NCBI GenBank assembly: GCA_038087875.1
Contig: JAXLNO010000409.1
Span: 1 to 64,000, forward strand
Source of the DNA: Malacoraja senta
Lineage: Eukaryota
Reading direction: 5' to 3'
Length of the DNA stretch: 64,000 nt
Shown here: piece after piece, positions 25,884-38,480 of the stretch
Position numbering within the stretch: position 1 is the stretch's first letter
Layout: each line of letters begins with the position of its first letter
The notes under the pieces: generated by a model
What the model was told of the DNA's origin: nothing
Seen by the model: the letters and a program-made list of their open reading frames with translations, nothing else
Databases searched by the model: none
Position numbers and translations under genes: made by a program

Positions 25884-28307
25884 GAAATTTGGTTTGGTTA
25901 TTTGGTTTAGTTTAGATACAGCGCAAACAGGCCCTTCGGCCCACCGTGTCCGTACCGACCAGCAATCCCCGCACATTAACACTGGACAATTTACATTTAT
26001 ACCGAGAAACTAGAGATCCCAGAGAAAATCCACGCTGACGAACAAACTCCGTATTGACAGCACCCATAGTGAGTATGGAACCCAGGTCTGTGAGCATCTC
26101 CACCGCTGCGCCGGGGATTACCATTCATCCCCACTTCAAGCGGTAATCACACCACTATAACCAAACGCTCCTCACACGTAAGGCAGCGGGAACCACCCTC
26201 AACACCAGACAAAGACAGAAAACCGGAGAAGACTCTTCGGGAACTCAACCAACCTTTATTGCCCTTAGTCTCTGCTGCACAGTCAGTAAACGTCAGAAAA
26301 CACTGAGCCAAGTGATGGTGAAGCAGGGCGTAGAAACAAAGAACTGCAGATGCTAGTTTACACCAAAGATAAAGATGTACTGCTCCATAATATAGACAAT
26401 GAGAGAGAGCGTTAGACAGGTACATGGATAGAACAGGTTTGGATGAATGGACCAAATGTAGGCAGGTGGGACTAGTGTAGATGGGACATGTCGAAGGGCC
26501 TGTTTACACACTGTATCACTCTACGGCTCTAAGAAGTTAATCAGAATATGACACAGAGTGCTGGAGTAACTCAGGCAGCATCTTTGGAGAACATGGATAG
26601 GTGATGATTCAGGTCTTCATACATCGTGGCGGCTTGTGGGGTGGTGGTGGGGGGGGGGGTGGAGAGGCTGGTCTGGTAATGACAGGTGAGGGGGGATGAT
26701 TGGCAGATGCGTGGGGTAAGTTACAAAGGCAGGAGGTGAAATGGAGACAAAAAAAGGCGTCAGACAGGGAGAGAAGTTTCACGTATCCATATTTTCCTGC
26801 TCCACTGCGAAATCTCAAGATGTTCCTACATTGAAGAAGTATCACAAAATGCTGGAGTAACACGTTTCCGGTCGAGACCCTTCTTCGACCCAAAACATCA
26901 CCCATTCCTTCTCTCCAGAGATGCTGCCTGTCCCGCTGAGTTACTCCAACATTTTGTGTCTATCTTCGATGCTTATCTGCACTTCCTTACTACCCACTTT
27001 GAAGTTCTCCTCCTCTCTCCAACGGGAGTTCTGCGAGACCCTCTCTCACTGCTACCCCACCTTTGAGAGCCATCTATGATCTCCAGAGATGCTATCTATT
27101 TGCCAGACGATGCTCCAGAGATGCTATCTACTTGTGTCTTCTTACCAGAATGCTGCCTGGATTAGAGGGAATGAGCTCTAAAGGAGTGGCTGGACAAACC
27201 AAGATTGTAAACATACAGGATAGTGAAAGGCTTGGATAGAGAGGATGTGGAGAGGATGTTTCCACTAGTGGGAGTCTAGGTATAGAATTAAGGGACATTA
27301 TTTTAGGAAGGAGATGAGGAGAAATGTCTTTAGTGAGAGGGTGGTGAATCTGTGGAATTCTTTGCCACAGAAGGCTGGGGAGACCATCAGTGAATATTTT
27401 TAAGGCAGAGTTAGATTCTTGACTAGGACAGGTGTCAGGGGTTATGGGGAGAAGGCAGGAGAATGGGGAGAGATAGATCAGCCATGATTGAATGGCGGAG
27501 TAGACTTGATGGGCCAAATGGCCTAATTCTACTCCTACCAGTTATGACCTTTTCTCTGGAGTACAAAGACTTCAGGGAGACGTGATAGGTCAGTAACATT
27601 ATGAGAGGCATAGATAGGATAGAACCACTCCCCCCAGGGTGGAAATATCAAAGACTAGAGGGCATAGGGTTAAGGTGAAAGGGACAATGTTTAAAGGAGA
27701 TGTGCCGGACAAGTTATTTTACATTAACACAGAGGGTGGTGGGTGCCGGAACACAACTGCCAGCGGATACAGAGACGATAGTGGTGTTTAAGAGGCTTTT
27801 AGATAGGCACATGGATATGCAGGGAATGGAGGGATATGGATCACGTGCAGGCAGAGATTAGTCTAACTTGGCATCATGTCCAGCACGGACATTGTGGGCC
27901 GAAGGGCCTGTTCCTGTGTTGTACTGTTCTGCGTTCTATGAATGCAAACAATTTCCAGGGGGATTTTCAGCAACCAAGAATGCCCTGACGATTCCTTGTC
28001 TAGGGGAAGGTGTTACTGTGAGCACAGCTCAAACCCCCCCACTGCTGACCCTGACCCTACACATGACACCCCACCCTGTGGGGGACTCCTCGCCCCTCCA
28101 CCCCTGCAAGGGGCAGACGGGGTTAAGGCTTTTCAAACAAACTATTTAGAAGAGTAACTGTGAACCCGCTCCGCTCTGCTCCGCATGTTCAGGCACGCTC
28201 CTGGCTCACAGCTCCGGGTCACTCCTGTGGGGAAGAGGAGACGGGTCAGAGGAGAGCACTGGCTGCTGGCCGGAGCCAGACCCAGGCCGGCCAGAGCACT
28301 GTGGGTG

Positions 28308-29300
28308 ACCCCTGCCTCACCCCCTCACTGCCCCCCTGTAGTTCTCCGACCCCTTGCCCATCCTCACCACACCGGTTCCGCCTGCCTTCAGCTGACCCCT
28401 TGCCCATCCTCACCCCATCGGTCCCGTCAGTCCAGCCTGCCTCCAGCTGACCCCTCACTGCCCCCTGTAGTTCCCTGACGCCTTGCCCATCCTCACCCCA
28501 CCGGTTTCGCCAGCCTCCAGCTGACCCCCTCCCTGCCCCTTGCACTCCACTGACCACTTGTCCATCCTCGCCCCGCCTGCCCTCAGCTGATCCCAGTACA
28601 TCTCTGACCCTTGTCTGACCCCCTGCCCATCTTCACCCAGACAAACCCTCGCTTGCTGTCGAACCCCTCTCTGACCCCAGTGCGTCTCCCACCCCTCGCC
28701 TCTCCACGGCACCCCGCTGACCCCTGCCCCAGCCACAGTATGCTCCCAGCCCCTCCCCAACCTGACGTGGGAGACAGGACGGGAGATGGGAGAGAGACAC
28801 ACACAGGATGAGAGGGAGAGGGAGAGAGGGACACAGGATGAGAGGGAGAGGGGAAAGAGGGAGAGACATGGGGAGAAAGGGAGAGGCACAGGATGAGAGG
28901 GAGAGGGGAGAAGGGGAGAGTGGATGAGGGGAGGGGAGAGAGGGAGGGAGGGGAGAGAGGGGAATAGCGGGAAATAGGGGGAGGGGGAGAAAGGGACACA
29001 GGACGAGAGGGAGAGAGGGAGAGTGAGAGTGGGAGACAGGACGAGAGGGAGAGAGAAGAGGGGGAGACACAGGACGAAGGGAGAGGGAAGAGGGGGAGAC
29101 ACAGGGTGAGGGGAGAGGGGAGAGAGACAGGATGCGAGGGAGTGGGGAGAGAGACGGGGAGAGAGGGAGTCAGAGGAGAGGGAGAGGGACTGGATGAGAG
29201 GGGAGAGAGAGACACGGGACGAGAGGGAGAGAGCAGAGGGAGAGATAGAGACAGAATGCTAGGGAGAGAGAGGGCAGATGGAGAGACAGAGACGGGGAGG
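28308..29300. repeat. C-rich degenerate minisatellite followed by a GA-rich low-complexity tract
   Basis: Repeated GACCCCTTGCCCATCCTCACC units, then (GGGAGA)n-like purine tract. Confidence 0.85.
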
Positions 29301-29366
29301 TAGGAGGTGCAGGCAGAACAATGTAAATGGGACGGGTCGGTACCTTGGAGCAAACGGGGTGCAGTC

Positions 29367-29422
29367 CTAGAGAAACTCGTCGCCAGCCGGGACGGCTCCT
29401 GAGCTGCTGCCCAGAGGGTGCC
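29367..29422 (-). CDS. TDRKH: TDRKH last coding exon
   Basis: Phase-1 reading GHPLGSSSGAVPAGDEFL*, resembling the acidic-hydrophobic C-terminus of TDRKH as I recall it. A donor follows 23 nt after the stop. Confidence 0.6.
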
Positions 29423-30134
29423 CTGCAACAACACACGCCCGTTACAGGGGGAGGGAGCAAACTGGGGGGGGGGGATTGCAGCGGGAGGGAGGGGGTGAGT
29501 GAATGAAGATGGAGTGAGTCGGGCTGAGGTGGACAGGCCGCTCCGCTGAGAGCTAAGGGAGACCCGGTGTGTGGGGGGGGGGGGGGCGCTGAGAGCTACC
29601 AAGAAGATAGCTCATGAACACCTTGGCACCATGGCGCAGCGGGTAGAGCTGCTGCCTCACAGCACCAGAGACCCGGGTTCCAGCCTGATCTCCGGCGCTC
29701 TCTGTCTGTGTGTGTGGAGTTTGCACGTTCTCCTTGTGACTGCGTGGGTTTCCCCCAGGTGCTCCGGTTTCCTCTCACGTGTCAAAGACGTGCGGGTTTG
29801 GAGGATAATAGTCCCTCTGTAAATGGGCCCGAGTGTGGGGAGTGGATGAGAAAGTGGGACAGCATCGAACTAGTGTGAACGGGTGGTCGATGGTCGGCAT
29901 GGGCCCGGTGGGCTGTACATAGCAATCAATGACCAATAAAAAAATGTAATAACTTTCTTCCACACAGTGGAATGTATGGAACGAGCTGCCAGACGAGATA
30001 GTTGAGGCAGGGACTTTCACAACATTTAAAATACATTTGGACAGGGAAATGCATAGCAAAGGTTTAGAGGGATATGGGCCAAACATGGGCTTATGTGACT
30101 AGTGTAGATTGGCATGTTGGTGGGTGTGGGCAGG

Positions 30135-31023
30135 CAGGGGCGGAAATCCCGGGGGGGGGGGGCAGGGGGGACACCCCCCTGTTTTGAGAGGTGGGGGACG
30201 ACCCCCCCTATTTTTTGTAATCCGGATTTTAAAACCCGGTGAAATCTCCGCTTTCCGCGAGACAGTGGGGGTGGGACTGCTGATCGAGGGTGCCGATTGG
30301 ACGAGACGTCGGTCAGCAGGCAGTAGGGGCGGGACATGATGATTCAGTGCGATGATTGGAGGAGGGAGGTGTCGGTCAGAGGCAGAAGTAGGGGGTTGGG
30401 ACTGAGGATAGAGCGCGGTGATTGGAGGAGGGAGACGTGCCCAGGTCATAGGGTCACAAGTGAAAAACACTCTCAGTAGCCCTGGACACAGACCTCTGCC
30501 TCATCCACAGCCAGGATCGATCCCGGCTCTCCGGAGCTGCCGAACCGCCACTGGACCATCCCCGTCCCCACCCGAGTGCCCTACTCCCCCCCCCCCCCAC
30601 CCCCGGGGGTGGCCAGAGACGTCGGGTCAGATGGGAGTCGTGCCGCCAGACCCACAGCCAGCGCACAGAAGCTGCGCTAAACCCAGCTCAACTCTGCCTG
30701 TCCCGTCAGGTTAACCTACAGCCCTGCCTGGACTTACGGGAAATATGTCCCAGTCTTACAGCCAGTGCGGAGAAGCAGCGCTAGCTCCACGGCTCCGGAC
30801 TGGTGTCCCGTCAGTCCAGGCAGGGCTGTAGGTTAACCCCGGCGAGTCAGGCGGAGTTGAGCTGCATTTACCGCTGGATTGAGCTGAAATTACCGTTCAC
30901 AGGGTCCATGGCTGAAGCCTCCGAAGCCTTGTGTGTGTGTGTGAGCGCATGCGCGCACGGCCGCCAAGAAATTGTGCCCCCCCCCCGTCCCCCCCATATT
31001 TTGATAGCGATTTCCGTGCCCAG
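30135..31023. mobile_element. Non-autonomous hAT-like DNA element
   Basis: Ends CAGGGGCGGAAATC / GATTTCCGTGCCCAG with GGGCAGG duplicated on both flanks, inside a LINE tail. Confidence 0.65.
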
Positions 31024-31175
31024 GGCAGGTATGGCTGAAGGGGCTGTTTCCATGTTGTGTGACTGTATTAATCAATCTCAGAGCTGCCCCTTCCCTTTCC
31101 AGTCGGTTGTGCAGGGAATGAGTCGTGGTGTTGCCGAGCGTTTGCGAGGCGCTGGATTGGCATCTTACGGCGTAC

Positions 31176-31272
31176 CCGCGTGACTCTGCCAAGATTCCGG
31201 CAGTTGTGGCTTTGCGCTTCGTGCAGTCGCTTCAGAAACGGCGCATCCATCCGCGGCCCCGGTCACATCGTT
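31176..31272 (-). CDS. TDRKH: TDRKH penultimate coding exon
   Basis: Acceptor tttaatttAG, donor GTACGC, phase 0 to 1. Encodes NDVTGAADGCAVSEATARSAKPQLPESWQSHA. Confidence 0.6.
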
Positions 31273-31917
31273 CTAAATTAAACACAGCGCGGTCAGTAAG
31301 GAGTAGAGTCTCGACCCGAAACGTCACCTGTCCATGTTCGCCAGAGATGCGTCCTGACCCGCTGAGTTACTCCAGCACTCTGTGAAACGTCACCTATCCA
31401 TGTTCTCTACTCCAGCATCTTGTGTCTATCCCCTTCACCAGGCCCCTCGCTCTCCCGGTCCACCCCCACATTATAAACCTGTCCGTAGGCAGACAGCGTG
31501 GCTCCTCACCCTCTCCCACACACCGCTCTTCTTCCCGGCGTCAAGGGGAGCTGTGACCTTTGGTTCTGTAAGAGGTCCTCAAAATCATGGAGTTCACAAG
31601 TTATAGGAGTAGAATTAGGCCATTCGACCCTTTGTGTCTTCTCCACCATTCAATCATGGCTAATCCCATCTTCCTGCCTTCCCATAAACCTTGACATCCA
31701 TTCTAATCAAGAATTTATCTATCTCTGCCTTAAAAATATCCACTGCTTGGCCTCCACAGCCGTCTGTGGCAATGAGTTCCACAGATTCACCACCCTCTGA
31801 CTAAAGAAATTCCTCCTCATCTCCTTTCTAAAAGAGCAACATTTAATTCTGAGGCTGTGACCTCTGGTCCTGGACTCTCCCACCAGTGGAAACATCCTCT
31901 CCACATCCACTCTATTG

Positions 31918-32325
31918 CGTGTGGGATCGGGCTGTGCATGTGGGATCGGACTGTGTGTGTGGGACTGGGCCCCGTGTGTGGGATCGGACTGTGTGTGGGA
32001 TCGGACTGTGCGCGTGGGATCGGACTGTGCGCGTGGGATCGGACTGTGCGCGTGGGATCGGGCTCCGTGTGTGGGACTGGGCCCCGTGTGTGGGATCGGA
32101 CTGTGTGTGGGATCGGACTGTGTGGGATCGGACTGTGTGTGGGATCGGACTGTGTGTGTGGAACTGGGCCCCGAGTGTGGGATCGGACTGTGTGTGGGAT
32201 CGGACTGTGTGTGGGATCGGACTGTGTGTGGGATCGGGCCCCATGTGTGGGATCAGACTGTGTGTGTGGGTCTGGGAGCCCGTGTGTGGGACTGGGCTCC
32301 GCGTGTGGGATCGGACTGTGCGTGG
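31918..32325 (+). repeat. Minisatellite GTGTGGGATCGGACT (15-21 bp units)
   Basis: About 20 copies directly after a TDRKH splice donor. Confidence 0.95.
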
Positions 32326-32332
32326 ACATTAC

Positions 32333-32464
32333 CAGCAGGGTCTGCAGGTTTGTTGGTGCCACCATCCAGTGAGTGTCGGCTCCGTCTGCCGCCGTGGCTC
32401 CATCTCCCCGCGGGCACCGCACGGCGTGTCCCTGCCGCACCAGCTCCTCACCGATATCCACACT
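32333..32464 (-). CDS. TDRKH: TDRKH exon (end of extended Tudor region)
   Basis: SVDIGEELVRQGHAVRCP..., phase 0/0. Matches the LDIGLELVHKGYA motif. Confidence 0.85.
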
Positions 32465-33175
32465 CTGTGTACCGGGGAGGGGGGGCACAAGACACAGAGC
32501 CCGTCAGCACACCCTGGACCAGAACCTCCCGACACCACCCACAGCCCCCTCCCAACACCAAAACCTTCCCCACAACACCTGCCCCTACGCCAGCAAGTGG
32601 CTCAGTGTCCCAGCTGGGTACTACAGGTGATCCCCCACCACCACCATCCCACTCCCAAGGGTGAAACCCTTTGCAAAGTCTCCAAAGAGATTTCAAACAT
32701 ATTCCAAGGATGAGAAATTGATAACACCACAAGACATGGGAGGATAATTTGGCCATTCAGCTTATCCAGTGGGCGGCACAGTGGCACAGCGTTAGAGTGC
32801 TGCCACACAGCGCCAGAGACCCAGGTTCAATCCCGACTATGGGTGATGTCTGTACGGAGTTTGTACTTTCTCCGTGACCACGTGGGTTTTCTCCAGGTGC
32901 TCCAGTTTCCAAAGCTGTCAGCAGGCAACTGAACCATGCTATAACCAACTAGAGCGCGGTCCTGACCTCCCATCTACGTCATTGGAGACCCTTGGACTAT
33001 CTGGACGTTAGCTTGCACTAAACATTATCCTGCATATGTACACTGCGGATGACTTGAGTGCAATCACGTGTAGTGATGTAAGGAGAAATCATGATTACAT
33101 GTAATCGTGCAAGGGGAAAAGATTCAATAGGAATCTGAGGAGTAACATTTTCACACAAAGGGTGGTGGGCGTATG

Positions 33176-34213
33176 TAGGTATGTTACAATACTTACCTTC
33201 AGTGGCGCTGCAATTCTGCCACTGGCCGTGTGCGCGATTTTGGCGCCTTTGAGGGGGGGGCGGGGTTAAAACGCGGGTTTCTCCTACCTTGTCCTGAATT
33301 ATATTTCGTTGGAGTGCAAGCTTTTGCTGAAGAATCGTTCCGACGGGCGTTTTGTGTATTTTTTATTTTGCCCGACAATTTCAGCGCTGGAGTTATTTTA
33401 AAATCAGCTTCTAAAGCCGTCAACGCCGACAACGGGGACTATTTTCACGCACGGGACAGGTAAACGAAAGCCGTATATTTTATGTATTAAAGTGCTTCTT
33501 AAGAGGCCTTTAATTCACATTTTAAATTGCGAAACGGTGCTTTTTCCCCCGAACGAACCGGCAGTATTTTTCATGCCGATACGGGGTTAAATTCACCGCA
33601 AATGCAACGTTCCAATTGATCGCGTTCCAGAAAACCCCACTTGCAAGATGATTTAAATGCCCATTAATTTACAGGTATTAAACATTAACTTCCTTCCATT
33701 TGGCCTATAAATCCATGACAATGAGATTTAAAAATTATGTTATATTGTGAATTCTTGTGTGAATGTTATTTGGACACTTAGACTATTTAAAAATGTTAAT
33801 CTATTCTTAAGAAATTGATAGATGTTTAGATCTAGTAATTGAATTTTGTAATTAGCTACAATTAGGTAACTAACTAATTATATGCTTTAATTTCATGTCA
33901 TCTAAGTAAGATTGTTTCTTATTTGTTTCAGAATGCTTCAATCTATAATAACTGAAAATTTCTTTCAGTTCTCTTAATTTTTAAGAAAGTTATGGGCTTT
34001 TGACTGTCCTTGATCACAGCTTTTGTGTTAAGTCAATGGAAAAGCAATAGGGAACAAGATGCTAATTTCCGAGTATGAAAATGGCCATAACTTTATTAAT
34101 ACTGAAGATATGAAAGTGAATTAGGTGTCAAATTAAACGTCTTTCTATGCTTTATCTGATGGGATAAATTACAGACTTGATTTTTTAAATCTCAAAATTT
34201 TGTAACATTGCTA
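33176..34213. mobile_element. Non-autonomous hAT-like DNA element
   Basis: Imperfect TIRs TAGGTATGTTACAA / TTGTAACATTGCTA and duplicated target GCGTATG. It splits a LINE tail that rejoins when the element is removed. Confidence 0.7.
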
Positions 34214-34432
34214 GCGTATGGAACGAGCTGTCAGAGGAGGTAGACACAAAATGCCAGAGTAACTCAGCGGGTAAGACAGCACCTCTGGAGAGAAGGAATG
34301 GGCGACGTTTTGGGTCGAGACCCTGCTTCAGACTGATGTGAGGGGAGGGGGCGGGACAAAGATAGAATGTAGGCGGAGACAGTAAGACGAGTGGGAGAAC
34401 TGGGAGGTAGTTCTGGGACTACCCCAACATTT

Positions 34433-35262
34433 TCCGGAAGTGGCGGCGCTGTCGTACAGCAGCGGCTCGCCTGCAGTCCGTCTGTCTTTACTTTTTTTTG
34501 TTGTTGTTGTTTTCTTTTGTCCTGTTTTAGTTAAATTTTAGTTTATTGGGTTGTGTATGTGTGGGGTGGGAGGGTGAAACATGACTTTTGTCTCTTCCTT
34601 CGGGGGAATGCGACTTTTTCTTGTCGTATCCCCCTTCTCTGCCTCCGTCTGTGCTGAGGCCTAATTGCGGAGCTGCCGGCCTCCAACTCCAGCTGCGAGC
34701 GACCGACCGACCTCGAGGCTCCGGAGGCAGAGCCAGGACTTACCAGCGCGGGGCTGGCCTGCTTCGGGGCTGCGGTGACGTTCCGGCGGTGGCGACCAAA
34801 GACACTGGTGGCGACCTGAATCCGGGGCATCGTCGGGAGCGCGCAGGTCACAGGTTGGTGACCTGTTTTTCTGGGGCTCCCGCAACTACAGCTGCGTCCG
34901 CTGGACTGGAGGGCGGCAGCTTCGGCAGCCTCGGCCAACCCGGGCCGCCGAGTTTGAACCGGCCCGTCGCGGACGGAGCACGGATTCAGCCGCGGGATTG
35001 CCTTACTTACCATCACCCGGTGGGGTCACAACATCAGAAGCCTGGATCACCTCAGCGCAGAGGGAGAACAAGGAGGGAAGAGACAGAGACTTTAAGACTT
35101 TTGCCTCCATCACAGTGAGGAGGTGCCTGGTGAACTCACTGTGGTGGATGTTAATTTGTGTTTATTGTGTGTTTTGTTATTTATTATTATATGTATGACT
35201 GCAGGCAACGAAATTTCGTTCAGACCGAAAGGTCTGAATGACAAATAAAGGAATCTCTAATC
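34433..35262 (+). mobile_element. Unclassified GC-rich insertion with LINE-like 3' tail
   Basis: Interrupts a CR1-like tail. Ends in a stem-loop (TTCAGACCGAAAGGTCTGAA), AATAAA and a short repeat. Confidence 0.4.
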
Positions 35263-35338
35263 TCTTTATGAAACAGTTAGACAGATACATGAATGGGACA
35301 GGTTTGGAGGGATATGGGCTAAACGCAAAAGCAGTGTA

Positions 35339-36938
35339 CAGTGGCTTGCAAAAGTATTCATACCCCTTGAACTTTTCCACATTTTGTCACGTTACAACCA
35401 CAAACGTAAATGTATTTTATTGGGGTTGTATGTGATAGACCAACACAAAGTGGCGCATAATTGTGAAGTGGAAGGAAAATGATACATGGTTTTCAAATTT
35501 TTTTACAAATAAAAAACTGAAAAGTGTTGCATGCAAAAGTATTCAGCCCCCTTTACTCTGATACCCCTAAATAAAATCCAGTGCAACCAATTGCCTTCAG
35601 AAGTCACCTAATTAGTAAATAGAGTCCACTTGTGTGTAATCTAATCTCAGTATAAATACAGCTGTTCTGTGAAGGCCTCAGAGGTTTGTTAGAGAACATT
35701 GGTGAACAAACAGCATCATGAAGCCCAAGGAACACACCAGACAGGTCAGGGATAAAGTTGTGGAGAAGTTTAAAGCAGGGTTAGGTTATAAAGAAATATC
35801 CCAAGCTTTGAACATCTCACGGAGCACTGTTCAATCCATCATCCGAAAATGGAAAGAGTATGGCACAACTGCAAACCTACCAAGACATAGCCGTCCACCT
35901 AAACTGACAGGCCGGGCAAGGAGAGCATTGATCAGAGAAGCAGCCAAGAGGCCCATGGTAACTCTGGAGGAGCTGCAGAGATCCACAGCTCAGGTGGGAG
36001 AATCTGTCCACAGGACAACTATTAGTCGTGCACTCCACAAATCGGGCCTTTATGGAAGAGTGGCAAGAAGAAAGTCATTGTTGAAAAAAAGCCATAAGAA
36101 GTCCCGTTTGCAGTTTGCCACAAGCCATGTGGGGACACAGCAAACATGTGGAGGAAGGTGCTCTGGTCAGATGAGACCAAAATTGAAGTTTTTGGCCTAA
36201 ATGCAAAACGCTATGTGTGGCGGAAACCTAACACTGCACATCACCCTGAACGCACCATCCCCACTGTGAAACATGGTGGTGGCAGCATCATGCTGTGCGG
36301 ATGCTTTTCTTCAGCAGGGACAGGGAAGCTGGTCAGAGTTGATGGGAAGATGGATGGAGCCAAATACAGGGCAATCTTGGAAGAAAACCTGTTAGAGTCT
36401 GCAAAAGAATTGAGACTGGGGCGGAGGTTCACCTTCCAGCAGGACGACGACCCTAAACATACAGCCAGAGCTACAATGGAATGGTTTAGATCAAAGCATA
36501 TTCATGTGTTAGAATGGTCCAGACCTAAATCCAATTGAGAATCTCTGGCAAGACTTGAAAATTGCTGTTCACAGACGCTCTCCATCCAATCTGACTGAGC
36601 TTGAGCTATTTTGCAAAGAAGAATGGGCAAAAATTTCAGTCTCTAGTTGTGCAAAGCTGGTAGAGACATACCCCAAAAGATTTGCAGCTGTAATTGCAGC
36701 GAAAGGTACAAAGTATTGACTCAGGGGGGGCTGAATACTTTTGCACGCGACACTTTTCAGTTTTTTATTTGTAAAAAAATTTGAAAACCATGTATCATTT
36801 TCCTTCCACTTCACAATTATGCGCCACTTTGTGTTGGTCTATCACATAAAATCCCAATAAAATACATTTACGTTTGTGGTTGTAACGTGACAAAATGTGG
36901 AAAAGTTCAAGGGGTATGAATACTTTTGCAAGCCACTG
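35339..36938 (+). mobile_element. Full-length Tc1-family DNA transposon with disrupted transposase
   Basis: TA duplication at 35337-38 and 36939-40, about 200-bp near-identical TIRs starting CAGTGGCTTGCAAAAGTATTCA. Transposase from 35718 is split by frameshifts; motifs WSDETK, QQDDDPKH, PDLNPIENLW. Confidence 0.97.
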
Positions 36939-36976
36939 TAGCTGGGACATGTTGGCCGGCGTGGACAAGTTGTAAA

Positions 36977-37100
36977 CCCGTGCTGCCCGGCACTGTACCG
37001 CAGTACACCCGTGCTGCCCGGCACAGTACCGCAGTACACCCGTGCTGCCCGGCACTGTACCGCAGTACACCCATGCTGCCCGGCACTGTACCGCAGTACA
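36977..37100 (+). repeat. 31-bp minisatellite, about 4 copies
   Basis: CCCGTGCTGCCCGGCACTGTACCGCAGTACA repeated. Confidence 0.9.
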
Positions 37101-37153
37101 CATGATGATAATAAACAAAGCTCCCCTACACCAGTGCTGCCCAGAACGCCTAC

Positions 37154-37305
37154 CTTGCCCTGGCTCCGGTCGAACAACTGCACTCGTGGTCTGGTCACCC
37201 CTTCACTCTGCAGGTAGCTACAGATTCGAGCCAGCAGCACCTTCCACTCCGCACAGTGGGCGAGACCGTCAAAACAGTTCATGGCTTCCTCCGACCAGCT
37301 CTCCC
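37154..37305 (-). CDS. TDRKH: TDRKH exon
   Basis: ESWSEEAMNCFDGLAHCAEWKVLLARICSYLQSEGVTRPRVQLFDRSQGK; AG/GT, phase 1 to 0. Confidence 0.92.
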
Positions 37306-37354
37306 CTGGAACAACACAAGGGTCCTCACTCAGATGACAGGTCCGGAACGCCTT

Positions 37355-38480
37355 GGACGGAGGAAGTGGGAGGAGTCAAAGGAGAAGTTGTTGAGGGTGA
37401 GGGCCAGCTCCGCTAGGTGGAGTAGAGTATTAGTAGAGGGAAATTGGATGATTCTACTGTCGAGGAAGAAACGGAGGGTTTTAAGGCCTTCCTGGTGGGG
37501 GATGGAGGTGTAGAGTGACTGAACGTCCATAGTAAAGATGAGGGAGTGGGGGCTCAGAAAGCAGGTCATTAAAGAGACAAAGGGCATGTGAGGTATCTTG
37601 GACATAGGTCGGGAGAGATAGGATGGAGTCGAGGTACGTGGAAATCATTTCCGTGAGCAGGCAGAAACAATGGGTCTGCCGGGGCAGTTGTGTTTATGGA
37701 TTTTGGGGAGAAGATAAAAACTGGGCTGTGCGGGGCTGGGGAACGATAAGGTTGGAGGCTGTGGAAGGCACACAGCCAGAAGTGATGAAATCTGTAATGG
37801 TGTTTGAGATTAACGCCTGGTGCTCATCTGTGCGATCATGGTCTTTCTTGTTTCTTGGTCCTCCAAAATATTCCAAATGGAATTTAAACTGGAGGTGGTG
37901 GAGGGAGGACTTAATCCAGAAAGGGTTTTGGGAAGAAAGAGCTACCTTAAATTTAGTTGCATCTGGTTGGGTAACATTGGTAGGGTGAAGATTATTCCAT
38001 GCTTTAATTGTGCGGGGGAAGAACGAATTGCTGTACACATCTGTCTTGGTAGCTGGAATCTCAAATTGGATCGAATGCCCTCGTCTGCTCCTAATTGGTT
38101 TGGGTTTGGTGTAGGTTCTTGTAATCTATGTTGAGCTGACCATTTAACATTTTGTAAAAACAGGTCAAACGGTGAGCTTCACGTCTGTCTTGGATGAGTA
38201 GGAGGAGGTATCTGAGAGTTGTCGCCTGGCCTCAGCCCGGTAGAGGTTAGTGCGCTAGACTACCACGGCACCTCCTTTGTTGGCGGGTTTGATAATGTCG
38301 GGGTTGCTGCAGAGTGAGCGGAGGGCTGTACGTTCGGAGGGGGTGACGTTAAGGGTAGGTGAGGGGACTGGAAAAGTTGAAATGGTTGACGTCACTCCGT
38401 AGTTAGAAATAAAGAGGTCTAGAAAGGGTAGAAGGCCGTTCTGCAGAGTCCAAGATGAGGGGGTCCGGTGGGGACGGGAG
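37355..38480 (-). mobile_element. Degraded Penelope-like RT fragment with a nested LINE 3' end (about 37845-38160)
   Basis: FTMDVQSLYTSIP, IIKPANKGGAVVV; the nested piece encodes SFFPRTIKAWNNL. Confidence 0.75.

Noticed and set aside
28455..29602. Long Ser/Pro/Leu-rich ORFs; similar ORFs at 31817-32713, 4588-4893 and 56573-57556
   Set aside because: Translations of micro- and minisatellites.
31490..31565. Extra TDRKH exon
   Set aside because: The exon at 31176-31272 fits the phases and the expected sequence better.
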